Positions 36,628 to 45,285 of a stretch of 47,792 nt of DNA are shown one piece after another. The DNA comes from Candidatus Levybacteria bacterium RIFCSPHIGHO2_01_FULL_40_16 (GTDB lineage: Bacteria; Patescibacteriota; Microgenomatia; Levybacterales; UBA12049). A program made the translations under genes and the position numbers. The stretch spans positions 155,975 to 203,766 of the forward strand of contig MFNS01000007.1 of NCBI GenBank assembly GCA_001783805.1, read 5' to 3'. Under the pieces are notes generated by a model. That model saw only the letters and a program-made list of their open reading frames with translations. It ran no database searches and had not been told where the DNA came from. Position 1 is the first letter of the stretch; every line of letters starts with the position of its first letter.

Positions 36628-37467
36628 ATGAACAAAGAGAAATCAAGTCGGCAAAAAACAATCGGATTTGAAGCAGTTGATCAAGCTAGAGATCCCCTAG
36701 CGTTTACACATTATTTAAACAAAGTAAATTCATTGGAGGCAATAAGGAATTACAAGAGTAAAGTGCATGCGCTTTTAGAAGTTCGGGATGGAGATTCAAT
36801 TCTTGATATTGGCTGCGGTGTAGGTATTGATACTGAAGAAATCGCCGAATTATTTGGGCCGAATATAAAAATTACAGGAATTGACAATAGCGAAAAGATG
36901 ATTAAAGCTGCCAATTCCTCCTTAACCAATAAGAAAAACCATACTCAAATTAGATATGTAGTTGGAGATGCCTGCTCCCTTGATTTTAAGGACAATGAGT
37001 TTGATATAGTCAGAGCAGATAGAACATTTCAGCATTTGATAGACCCAAAGCGTGCGCTGAGAGAAATGGTTCGCGTTACCAAGCCGGGCGGAAAAATCCT
37101 GGTAATTGATGCGAATTGGAAATCATTGGAGATAAAAGGAATATCTAGGGAAAATTCAGAATTAATTAAGAAAACTTACGGAGCAATTATTCAGAACCCA
37201 AACATTGCAATTAAATTAAAGAAGTTAATGATTGAAGCAGGCATAAAGGAGGATCAAATCTATTTTGAAAAAACTCAACTCGTATTTTCTAATTTATCAA
37301 GCATCGAGGACGTTCTATGGATAGAAGATTCGTTAAATGAAGCGGAAAAAATGGGAACAATCACGCAAGAAGATAAGCTAAAATGCATGAGAGACGTTAA
37401 AAGGGCGGATTCGGATTATGTTCAGGCTACAATAGAACTTTATATTGTTAAGGGAATAAAAGCTTAA
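36628..37467 (+). CDS. Class I SAM-dependent methyltransferase
   Basis: ILDIGCGVG, GDA..L.F....FD, LREMVRVTKPGG. Confidence 0.9.
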   Translation: MNKEKSSRQKTIGFEAVDQARDPLAFTHYLNKVNSLEAIRNYKSKVHALLEVRDGDSILDIGCGVGIDTEEIAELFGPNIKITGIDNSEKMIKAANSSLTNKKNHTQIRYVVGDACSLDFKDNEFDIVRADRTFQHLIDPKRALREMVRVTKPGGKILVIDANWKSLEIKGISRENSELIKKTYGAIIQNPNIAIKLKKLMIEAGIKEDQIYFEKTQLVFSNLSSIEDVLWIEDSLNEAEKMGTITQEDKLKCMRDVKRADSDYVQATIELYIVKGIKA

Positions 37468-37624
37468 TTTGTAATTCGGCTTACATTTTATAGGATAAAT
37501 TTTTGTTAAAATTCCCTATCTCTTTTAGAGATATTTTTTTGACAATCTTAAAGAGATGTAATATAATACTTCGACCTTTGGAAGAAGTTAGTTTTTTTTT
37601 GGCGCGTGAAAGATAAATAAAACT

Positions 37625-38377
37625 ATGGTAAAACAAGAGGTTAACGGTAAGGAAAAATTAACAATTGCTGAAAGAGCAAAAATCGTAAGAATAAGAGGCA
37701 TTCAGAATAACGATCTTCCGCTTATCGCTAGGTGGGTTGCCGATTCTGAAACGCATGGGAAATTGGATTTTGCTCCGGAGCCTCCTAAAGACTGGAGAAA
37801 TAGAACTGAAGTTCAGGCATACATAAGTCAATTTGAAGACTATTATAGAAATAAAAATAAGGATGAAGATAAAAATAAAGATGAAGATCCTAAAAAGATT
37901 ACTCCTTTAGTTGCGGTTAATTCTATGCTGGAACCGGCAAGCGTATTAACTATAAGATGGCGGGGAGATCCTTATGTGCCAAAAGACAAAAGGATTGCAT
38001 CTATTGAAGCTTTTATGACTGATCCGGAATTAAGGCATAAAGGCATTGGCAAACAAACTCTTTCCGCGGCGCTGGATGTAATATTTTATGAATATAAAGG
38101 ATACAGCGGCGAAGCCGCCAGGGAAGCAAGGCTTTGGATATTCACGGATGCAAGGGCCGGGGACTATAGCAGCAACATTAATTTTTTCCGCCAATACGGC
38201 TTTGAGAATTTGGCAGGGAATTGGAAAGAGTACGTCGCCAAAAGGGAAATTGAAAATGTAGGAGATAGAGACGCCATGTGGTTTAAATTAACTAAAGAAA
38301 AATGGGAAGAAATTAAGCTGGGAAATTCAAAAATAGCCGAACATGCTCCGATTGATCTACTTAACCTGAGAATATAA
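37625..38377 (+). CDS. GNAT-family acetyltransferase
   Basis: DPELRHKGIGK motif A, FFRQYGF. Confidence 0.75.
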   Translation: MVKQEVNGKEKLTIAERAKIVRIRGIQNNDLPLIARWVADSETHGKLDFAPEPPKDWRNRTEVQAYISQFEDYYRNKNKDEDKNKDEDPKKITPLVAVNSMLEPASVLTIRWRGDPYVPKDKRIASIEAFMTDPELRHKGIGKQTLSAALDVIFYEYKGYSGEAAREARLWIFTDARAGDYSSNINFFRQYGFENLAGNWKEYVAKREIENVGDRDAMWFKLTKEKWEEIKLGNSKIAEHAPIDLLNLRI

Positions 38378-38449
38378 GTTAAATTTCTAATCTTCTAATC
38401 TAAGTAGTTGCTTTTTTTATCCGCTATAGTATATGATACGTGTAATTTT

Positions 38450-39709
38450 ATGAAAGTTTCAGCAATAATGCATCGTTCTGTGATTACGGTTACGGAGGAT
38501 GTATCCCTTAAAGAGGTGGGTAGATTAATTTTTACTCTTGGTATTGCAGGAATTCCGGTTGTCAGGGGCAAAAAACTGATTGGAATTGTTACGGAAGAAG
38601 ATATTCTCTCCAAGATGCATCCCACGATGCAAGATTTAATAGATGATTATGTTCATGCAAAAGATTTTGACACCATGGCAAAAAATATCCACAGCGTTTT
38701 AGATGTCTCAGCCGGAGAAGCAATGAATCCGCGTGTCATTTCCATAACTCCAGACACTCTCTTAATGGAAGCTCATTCGATAATGCAAATGAATGAGTTT
38801 AGCCGTCTGCCGGTTGTAAATGCTAAGAACGAGCTAATAGGAATTATTTCTCAAGGAGACGTTTTTAGGGCTATTCTTAAAGACGAAATTCCCCAATTGG
38901 AAAAAGAAAGATATGCCGGATTTATATCTCAATATTATGATCAAATGGTGAATTGGGACAAGCGTTTTGATGAAGAATTTCCAGCACTTTTTAAAATATT
39001 TGAAAAGGAAAATGTAAAAAAAATATTAGATGTGGGAGTTTGGACCGGAGAATATACCGTAGGACTTGTAAAAAGAAGCAATTATTTTGTTTTGGGATTG
39101 GATAACAATCCGGTTATGATCAAAACATCAAATGAAAAAAAAGCAAAATTGCCCGGAAGCGCTCGCAGAAGATTAAATTTTTCCCTCACTGATTACGCAG
39201 ACCTAGACTCGTTAGCTAAAGATAAGTTTGATGCTGCAATCTGCATGGGTAACTCACTTCCCTATATTCCGGTAAATCCAAATGAGCTTTTTAAAAATTT
39301 GTCCAAAGTTATTTCGGATAAAGGTCTAATTATAATTCAACTTCTTAACTTCGAAAAGATTTTAAAATCAAAAAATAGATTGCTTAATTTTGCCATACAT
39401 AAGGTAGATGGAGGAAGAGAGCAATTGTCCATAGAGTTTTTTGACAACAAAGACAAATCAAGTCTTTTTCACAATACAATTATATTTGATTATGATGGGA
39501 TTAACTGGATTTATAAGGGTATAACAACCATAGGAGTGGAATATATAAAAAAAGAAGATTTAGAAAGCGCTTTTAGAAAAGCCGGATTTAAAAAGATTTC
39601 CTGCTTTGGAAATAACGGTGAATATCAAGGTGATTATGGAGAACTGTCTTTTGAATTACCCTTTAACCCCTTGAAAAGTGATTGGCTTAACGTTATAGCT
39701 AAAAAATAG
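38450..39709 (+). CDS. CBS-pair plus class I methyltransferase fusion
   Basis: Two CBS repeats (IPVV..LIGIVTEED; RLPVV..LIGIISQGD), then ILDVGVWTGE and FDAAICMGNSL. Confidence 0.85.
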   Translation: MKVSAIMHRSVITVTEDVSLKEVGRLIFTLGIAGIPVVRGKKLIGIVTEEDILSKMHPTMQDLIDDYVHAKDFDTMAKNIHSVLDVSAGEAMNPRVISITPDTLLMEAHSIMQMNEFSRLPVVNAKNELIGIISQGDVFRAILKDEIPQLEKERYAGFISQYYDQMVNWDKRFDEEFPALFKIFEKENVKKILDVGVWTGEYTVGLVKRSNYFVLGLDNNPVMIKTSNEKKAKLPGSARRRLNFSLTDYADLDSLAKDKFDAAICMGNSLPYIPVNPNELFKNLSKVISDKGLIIIQLLNFEKILKSKNRLLNFAIHKVDGGREQLSIEFFDNKDKSSLFHNTIIFDYDGINWIYKGITTIGVEYIKKEDLESAFRKAGFKKISCFGNNGEYQGDYGELSFELPFNPLKSDWLNVIAKK

Positions 39710-39723
39710 AGACAGAAGGCAAT

Positions 39724-40269
39724 ATGAGAAAGGTTTGGGTGTTGGTATTTTTTCTTTTGATCTTCTTGCCGAACTTTAATATTTCTTTTGCCAAGTCAGA
39801 CTCGGCTTTTGCTCAAACAGCCTCTTCAAGCTCTAAGCCTGAAATAAATTACGAATTGCCATATCCCGGACTTTTGCCGGATAGTCCTTTGTATTTCTTA
39901 AAAGCTATCAGAGATAAAACTGTCAGCTTTCTGATTTCGGATTTTTTTAAAAAAGCAGAATTTGATCTTCTTCAAGCCGACAAAAGACTTAATGCCGGCA
40001 TCTACCTTTTTAAAAAAGGAAAAACCTCCCTGGCCATATCAACAGTTTCAAAAGCCGAGAATTATTTTGAAGAGGCTTTAAACAGGATGGGGGAGGCAAA
40101 AATGCAGGGAAGAAATATAAAAGAAATGGAAGAAAAGTTAAGGAATGCCTTGAAAAAACATCAGCAGGAATTGGGATATTTTGTTGAAAAAGTAAATGCC
40201 AATCTTACAGTTGGTTTCCAAAAAGAACAAAAAAGACTGGAAGGTTTTGATAGGCGGCTAAATCAATAA
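39724..40269 (+). CDS. Secreted CPR protein (DUF5667-like)
   Basis: Signal peptide, YELPYPGLLPDSPLYFLK, ADKRL. Confidence 0.75.
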   Translation: MRKVWVLVFFLLIFLPNFNISFAKSDSAFAQTASSSSKPEINYELPYPGLLPDSPLYFLKAIRDKTVSFLISDFFKKAEFDLLQADKRLNAGIYLFKKGKTSLAISTVSKAENYFEEALNRMGEAKMQGRNIKEMEEKLRNALKKHQQELGYFVEKVNANLTVGFQKEQKRLEGFDRRLNQ

Positions 40270-40407
40270 TATTAAAAACATAGAGCAAGACTCTTTTATT
40301 GAAGACATTTTCCCTTCAACTAATTGCCCTAATTTTTTCTTTGGAGGTAAATTGGCCAAATTGAAGCTAAAAAAAGACCTGACCCCCTTTGATACAGAAA
40401 TTTCTAG

Positions 40408-40460
40408 TTGACACAACAGATTTAGCGTTCTATATTGGGTATTGACACTAGTAGTAGTGT
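40408..40460 (+). promoter_or_regulatory. sigma70 promoter with two NrdR boxes
   Basis: TTGACA (40408), 17 nt, TATATT (40431); 16-mers acaacagatttagcgt (40413, 11/16 to consensus) and acactagtagtagtgt (40445, 12/16), 32 bp apart. Confidence 0.7.
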
Positions 40461-40464
40461 TTTT

Positions 40465-40914
40465 ATGAAGTGTCCATATTGCGGATCAATAGATTCAGAA
40501 GTAGTTGAGACCAGAGCTTCGGAAGATGTGGACACTATCAGAAGAAGAAGAGAATGTTTAAAGTGCGGGAAAAGATTTACTACTTACGAAAGAATTGAAA
40601 ATGTCAACTTGGTGGTTATAAAAAAAGACGGAAAAAGAGAACAGTTTGACCGGGACAAATTAAAAAGCGGAATAATCAGAAGCTGTGAGAAAACAACTGT
40701 GTCAATGGAGGCAATCGAAAAAATAGTCACAGAGATAGAACGTGAGTTAAGAGGAGCGGACAGTGTTGAAGTTGAAAGTAAAAAAATAGGACAGATGGTT
40801 GCAGCCAGACTTAAAAAAATCGACAAAGTTGCTTATATTCGGTTCTCAAGCGTTTTCAAAAGATTTGTGGATGTAGAAGACTTCGAAGAGGAAGTGCGAC
40901 GACTAATAAAATAG
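40465..40914 (+). CDS. nrdR: Transcriptional repressor NrdR
   Basis: MKCPYC, IRRRRECLKCGKRFTTYE, ATP cone, VAYIRFSSV. Confidence 0.97.
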   Translation: MKCPYCGSIDSEVVETRASEDVDTIRRRRECLKCGKRFTTYERIENVNLVVIKKDGKREQFDRDKLKSGIIRSCEKTTVSMEAIEKIVTEIERELRGADSVEVESKKIGQMVAARLKKIDKVAYIRFSSVFKRFVDVEDFEEEVRRLIK

Positions 40915-40974
40915 CATTCAGACTACGGCTTACAGACTACAGTAGTCTGTAGACTGAAAGCGGAAAGCATAGTT

Positions 40975-43431
40975 ATGAAATTGGATGGAGTAAGGGAAAA
41001 AGTATTTAAAGACAGGTATGCCCTTAAAGGTAAAAATGGTGAGCTTTTGGAACACAAACCGGAAGAGATGTGGAAAAGAGTTGCAAGAGGCATCGCACGG
41101 AACGAAAAGCCAAGCAAAAGAAAATATTGGGCCAAAAAATTCTATGACGTTATGACCGACTTCAAATTTGTCCCCGGAGGAAGAATTTTGTCGGGTGCCG
41201 GAACAAAATATCAGGTTACCTACTTTAACTGCTTTGTTATCCCGTCTCCAAAAGACTCTCGCGGCGGAATCGTAGATTCCCTAAAGCAATTAATTGAAAT
41301 CCAGTCCCGCTCCGGCGGAGTAGGGCTTAATCTTTCATCTCTGCGCCCGAGAGGTGCCAGGGTGAAAAAAGTTAACGGAACATCTTCAGGTCCGGTTACC
41401 TGGGCCGGACTTTTCTCTTATGCCACTCATGACGTAGTCCAGCAAGGCGGAACCCGCAGGGGGGCAACCATGCTCATGCTTTGGGATTGGCATCCGGATA
41501 TCGAAGAATTTATCACAGTTAAGCAGGACCTCTCAAAAATTAACGGAGCAAATCTATCTGTTTGCGTTTCGGATGCTTTTATGGAAGCAGTCAAGAAAGA
41601 CAAAAAGTGGGATTTGGTTTATCCGGATTTGGATGATTCCCGCTATGATGCAAAATGGGATGGAGATCTGGCGCAGTGGCGCAAAATAAAAGGGAAAGTA
41701 AAAGTTTATAAAACCGTAAAAGCAAAATATCTTTGGGATTTAATTTGTACTGCGGCCTGGCGTTCTGCCGAACCGGGGCTGCACTTCCTGGAGAGGTCCA
41801 ACAAAAGATCCAATACTCATTATTTCGAAACATTAATTGCGACAAATCCTTGCGGGGAGCAGCCATTAGGCGCTTGGGCGGTTTGTAATTTAGGAGCAAT
41901 GAATTTGGCTGCTTATGTAAAAAACGGCAAATTCGATTATACGAATTTTGGCCTCGATGTGCGGGTCGCGATGCGGTTATTGGACAATGTTATTGATCAG
42001 ACATATTATTTCTTTAAAGAGAACGAAAAGTGTGCAAAAGACATCCGCCGGACGGGACTCGGGATAATGGGAATCGGAGATGCACTGATTAAAATGAAAA
42101 TCCGTTACGGGTCCAAAGAATCAATGCCAATAATCAAAAAAATCTTTGAGACACTACGCAATAATGCCTATGATGAATCCTGTAATCTGGCAAAAGAAAA
42201 AGGAGCATTTCCAAAATTCAACAGGAAGAAATATCTTAAAGGTTATCATATCAAAAATCTTCCGGCAGATCTTCGAAAGAAAATCGCCAAGCAGGGAATT
42301 AGAAATGCGGTTTTGTTAACTATTGCTCCAACCGGAACAACCAGTTTAATTTCGGGTGTCAGCTCCGGAATTGAACCGGTTTATGAATTTGTTTTTAAAA
42401 GAAAAGACAGGACCGGCGAGCACATGATGTATCATCCGCTGTATGAGGAGTGGAAAAAACAAAATCCCCCTTCGTCCATTTCAGGGCAAGCTCCGGAAAA
42501 ACCCGCCTATTTTGTCTCGGCAAATGACTTAAGTCCTTTAGAACATGCCCAAGTGCAGGCAGCTGCCCAGGAATTTATTGATTCGTCGATTTCCAAAACA
42601 GTGAACGCTCCAAGTTTCCATACGGTTGAAGATGTTAAAGCTCTTTACATGTCAGCCTATGATTTGGGTCTGAAAGGGCTCGCCTATATGAGAGACGGAT
42701 CCCGAGAGGGGGTATTGGAAAGAATTGTCCCGACGGTTACCTCAGCTCAAACCAAGGCTTCTTCTTCGCCAAAACCGGTTGTTCCCCGTCCAATGTCCCT
42801 TTCGGGAGTGACTTATAAAATTGAAACGCCTGTCGGACACACCTATATAACCCTTAATCATAACGATCAGGGAGAGCCTTTTGAAGTGTTTATGACAATT
42901 GGTAAAGTGGGCTCTGATGTTGCAGCTATGGCTGATGCATTGGGTCGCATGATTTCCCTGAATCTGCGTTTGACTGACGGGCTTTCACCGCGGGAAAGAA
43001 TTAAGCAGGTAGTTGCCCAGCTAATCGGAATTGGGGGAGCAAGAAGTGTTGGCTTTGGTAAGGACCGGGTCAGGTCCTTACCGGACGCGATAGCCAAAGT
43101 CTTGTCAATGCATTATGGGTTTGCTCTGAACGGAAAAGTGGAGGACAAGCCTTTGACAAACGGTTTGACAAATGGCCTGCCCGACATTGCCAAGTCATGG
43201 CAGGCGGGACACGCCAACGGAAGTCTTACGAATGGGCAGATTGAGCCTGAAGTTGTCGAAAATACAGAAATTGTTAAAATGCAGCAATTGGCAATCGACG
43301 GAGGGGCGGCTGCCGCCTTATCGGACACGTCAACCAGTCTTTATGATCTTTGCCCGGAGTGCGGCGGAGGAAGTTTGGCTTATGAAGAAGGCTGTAAAAA
43401 GTGCTATGCCTGCGGATATTCGGAATGTTGA
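40975..43431 (+). CDS. nrdJ: Adenosylcobalamin-dependent class II ribonucleotide reductase with TSCPD and Zn-ribbon C-terminus
   Basis: PGGRIL, NCFV, TNPCGEQPL, CNLG, IAPTGT, SISKTVN, SLPDAIA, CPECG..EGCKKC..CGYSEC. Confidence 0.93.
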   Translation: MKLDGVREKVFKDRYALKGKNGELLEHKPEEMWKRVARGIARNEKPSKRKYWAKKFYDVMTDFKFVPGGRILSGAGTKYQVTYFNCFVIPSPKDSRGGIVDSLKQLIEIQSRSGGVGLNLSSLRPRGARVKKVNGTSSGPVTWAGLFSYATHDVVQQGGTRRGATMLMLWDWHPDIEEFITVKQDLSKINGANLSVCVSDAFMEAVKKDKKWDLVYPDLDDSRYDAKWDGDLAQWRKIKGKVKVYKTVKAKYLWDLICTAAWRSAEPGLHFLERSNKRSNTHYFETLIATNPCGEQPLGAWAVCNLGAMNLAAYVKNGKFDYTNFGLDVRVAMRLLDNVIDQTYYFFKENEKCAKDIRRTGLGIMGIGDALIKMKIRYGSKESMPIIKKIFETLRNNAYDESCNLAKEKGAFPKFNRKKYLKGYHIKNLPADLRKKIAKQGIRNAVLLTIAPTGTTSLISGVSSGIEPVYEFVFKRKDRTGEHMMYHPLYEEWKKQNPPSSISGQAPEKPAYFVSANDLSPLEHAQVQAAAQEFIDSSISKTVNAPSFHTVEDVKALYMSAYDLGLKGLAYMRDGSREGVLERIVPTVTSAQTKASSSPKPVVPRPMSLSGVTYKIETPVGHTYITLNHNDQGEPFEVFMTIGKVGSDVAAMADALGRMISLNLRLTDGLSPRERIKQVVAQLIGIGGARSVGFGKDRVRSLPDAIAKVLSMHYGFALNGKVEDKPLTNGLTNGLPDIAKSWQAGHANGSLTNGQIEPEVVENTEIVKMQQLAIDGGAAAALSDTSTSLYDLCPECGGGSLAYEEGCKKCYACGYSEC

Positions 43432-43486
43432 ATGCGAATTTATACGGATTGTTAATACGAATAAATTCGAATTTAATATTTAGATT

Positions 43487-43597
43487 TAAAGTTAGGTAAT
43501 CATGGTGTAAATCCATGACTGTGCCGCAACTGTTAAAGTCAGAAAACTAACTTTATTTAAATTCCCGAGCAGGATCTTTTCATTGTCCTTCTCGGGA
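43487..43597 (+). promoter_or_regulatory. Compact cobalamin riboswitch with downstream expression hairpin
   Basis: Closing stem taaagttag/ctaacttta, T-loop hairpin catgg-tgtaaat-ccatg, ctgtgccgcaactgt, B12-box-like aagtcaga; hairpin 43563-97 before the adenosyltransferase start. Confidence 0.8.
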
Positions 43598-43611
43598 GAG
43601 AAGGATTTTTT

Positions 43612-44211
43612 ATGCCAATTTATACGCGGACAGGAGACAAAGGGAAAACAACTCTTTTTAACGGACAAAGAGTATCAAAGGGAGATTTAAGAATTGATAC
43701 TTTGGGGACAATTGACGAGCTAAATTCAGCGATCGGAGTTGTACTTGCGGAAACTCAAAACTCAAAACTCAAAACTCAAAACTACAACTCAAAATTAAAA
43801 AGTGAGCTAATTAAAATCCAAAATGATTTATTAAGCATTGGCTCGGCGCTGGCAAATCCGAAAGTTAGCAGTAAGAGGTTAACAGTTAGTAGTTTATCAA
43901 AAAGGGTTAAGGAATTCGAAGATTTTATTGACAAAATGATGAAAAACTTACCACCCCTTTCCAGCTTTATCCTTCCCGGAGGAGGAAAGACAGGCGCCAC
44001 TCTTCATTTGGCCAGAGCAATTTGCCGGCGGGCGGAAAGAAGAATTGTAGAATTAAATTCTAAAGAAAAAACCCTTCGGCTTCGCTCAGGGCAAGTTGAT
44101 AACAGCATCATTATTTACTTCAATCGGCTTTCGGATTTGCTTTTTACCCTGGCCCGTTTTGCGAATTTCAAAGAAAAGAAAAAAGAGATAGTTTGGTCTA
44201 AGAGACATTAA
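43612..44211 (+). CDS. Cob(I)alamin adenosyltransferase (PduO-type)
   Basis: IYTRTGDKGKT, GTIDELNS, FILPGG, ARAICRRAER, NRLSDLLF. Confidence 0.95.
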   Translation: MPIYTRTGDKGKTTLFNGQRVSKGDLRIDTLGTIDELNSAIGVVLAETQNSKLKTQNYNSKLKSELIKIQNDLLSIGSALANPKVSSKRLTVSSLSKRVKEFEDFIDKMMKNLPPLSSFILPGGGKTGATLHLARAICRRAERRIVELNSKEKTLRLRSGQVDNSIIIYFNRLSDLLFTLARFANFKEKKKEIVWSKRH

Positions 44212-44215
44212 TATT

Positions 44216-45214
44216 ATGGCTAGAGTAGAATTATTACAATATGATGTAAGACATGACTACGGAGAAAAAGATAAAACTTTTATTGCCACGCAATTAAAAA
44301 CACATTTAGGAGAAAGATTTAATGTGCTTTTATCAATAATTGAATATGGAATTAAAAATGGGCATTTGGTTAGGTCTGGTAAAGAGGAGCCATTTATTCA
44401 ATCAATTATCAGAGGAAGAGATGCAATTCAAGCGCTTGATCCAAGAGAAGTAGATTTTGCCAGAGAAAATGCTGAAATTATAGGTTTTCAAAAAATAGAC
44501 CCATTTTTATCTGATCCTGAAACTCCCATTGATAGTAAAATGCTATCAATTTCTCCGGAAGGTGAGCAGGGATCAAAATATCAGCATAATTTTTATGATA
44601 TTTTTACGCTTAAAGAAGTTCGGGGGCAAAGATATGTTGAGTTAACCAGATATAGTTCCGGATTATCAAGACGAGATTATGCTAGACGATTAAATCTTGG
44701 CATGCAAGACCCAAAAGCAGAAGATTTTCTTGCTAACCCAATTAAAGCGCCGCAAAATTTAAGTCCCGAGGAAATAAGTAAATTGCTACATATAGAGCAC
44801 GAGTGCATGGATTCTTTGGAGTTTGAAAAAATTATAAAATCTGCCTATGTTCAATATTGTATGGAAAGATATGGGGAAAATCCTACTCCCAAAGCGTTTA
44901 AAGCAGTTTTAAATGCGGCAGATGAAATAATTTACGGTAATAAATTTAGAGATTATTCAACTTATATTCCAACAAATGCAGATTTAAGATATTTGGAAGA
45001 TAAAAAGGTCCGTCAGGCGGGCGGACAATGTCCGGGAAAATCAGGAGCAGATCTTGATAATTCACCATTTTCAGTTTCAGAATTCGGATTTTCTGATGAT
45101 AAGTTCGGTTCGCGTGAATTTGAGTGTCCGGAATGCGGAAAGACAAATATCAGACCTAAAGATGAGCTTCTTAAAAACTGCCAGCACTGCGGAAGCAACA
45201 AAGTAAGTTGTTAG
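44216..45214 (+). CDS. Hypothetical protein with C-terminal double Zn ribbon
   Basis: DDKFGSREFECPECG..N.RP..LLKNCQHCG. Confidence 0.7.
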   Translation: MARVELLQYDVRHDYGEKDKTFIATQLKTHLGERFNVLLSIIEYGIKNGHLVRSGKEEPFIQSIIRGRDAIQALDPREVDFARENAEIIGFQKIDPFLSDPETPIDSKMLSISPEGEQGSKYQHNFYDIFTLKEVRGQRYVELTRYSSGLSRRDYARRLNLGMQDPKAEDFLANPIKAPQNLSPEEISKLLHIEHECMDSLEFEKIIKSAYVQYCMERYGENPTPKAFKAVLNAADEIIYGNKFRDYSTYIPTNADLRYLEDKKVRQAGGQCPGKSGADLDNSPFSVSEFGFSDDKFGSREFECPECGKTNIRPKDELLKNCQHCGSNKVSC

Positions 45215-45285
45215 CCTTGTAAGGCTCGCCTTGCGAGGCTAGATTGATTGGGTTATTTGCATATTTGAGAATTTGTTTATTTCCG

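Noticed and set aside
37853-37888. KNKDED x2, an 18-nt tandem duplication in the GNAT gene
   Set aside because: An ordinary slippage duplication with no link to the other repeat families.
40975-43431. Intein or intron in nrdJ
   Set aside because: No splicing motifs and the length is normal; only short palindromic inserts are present.
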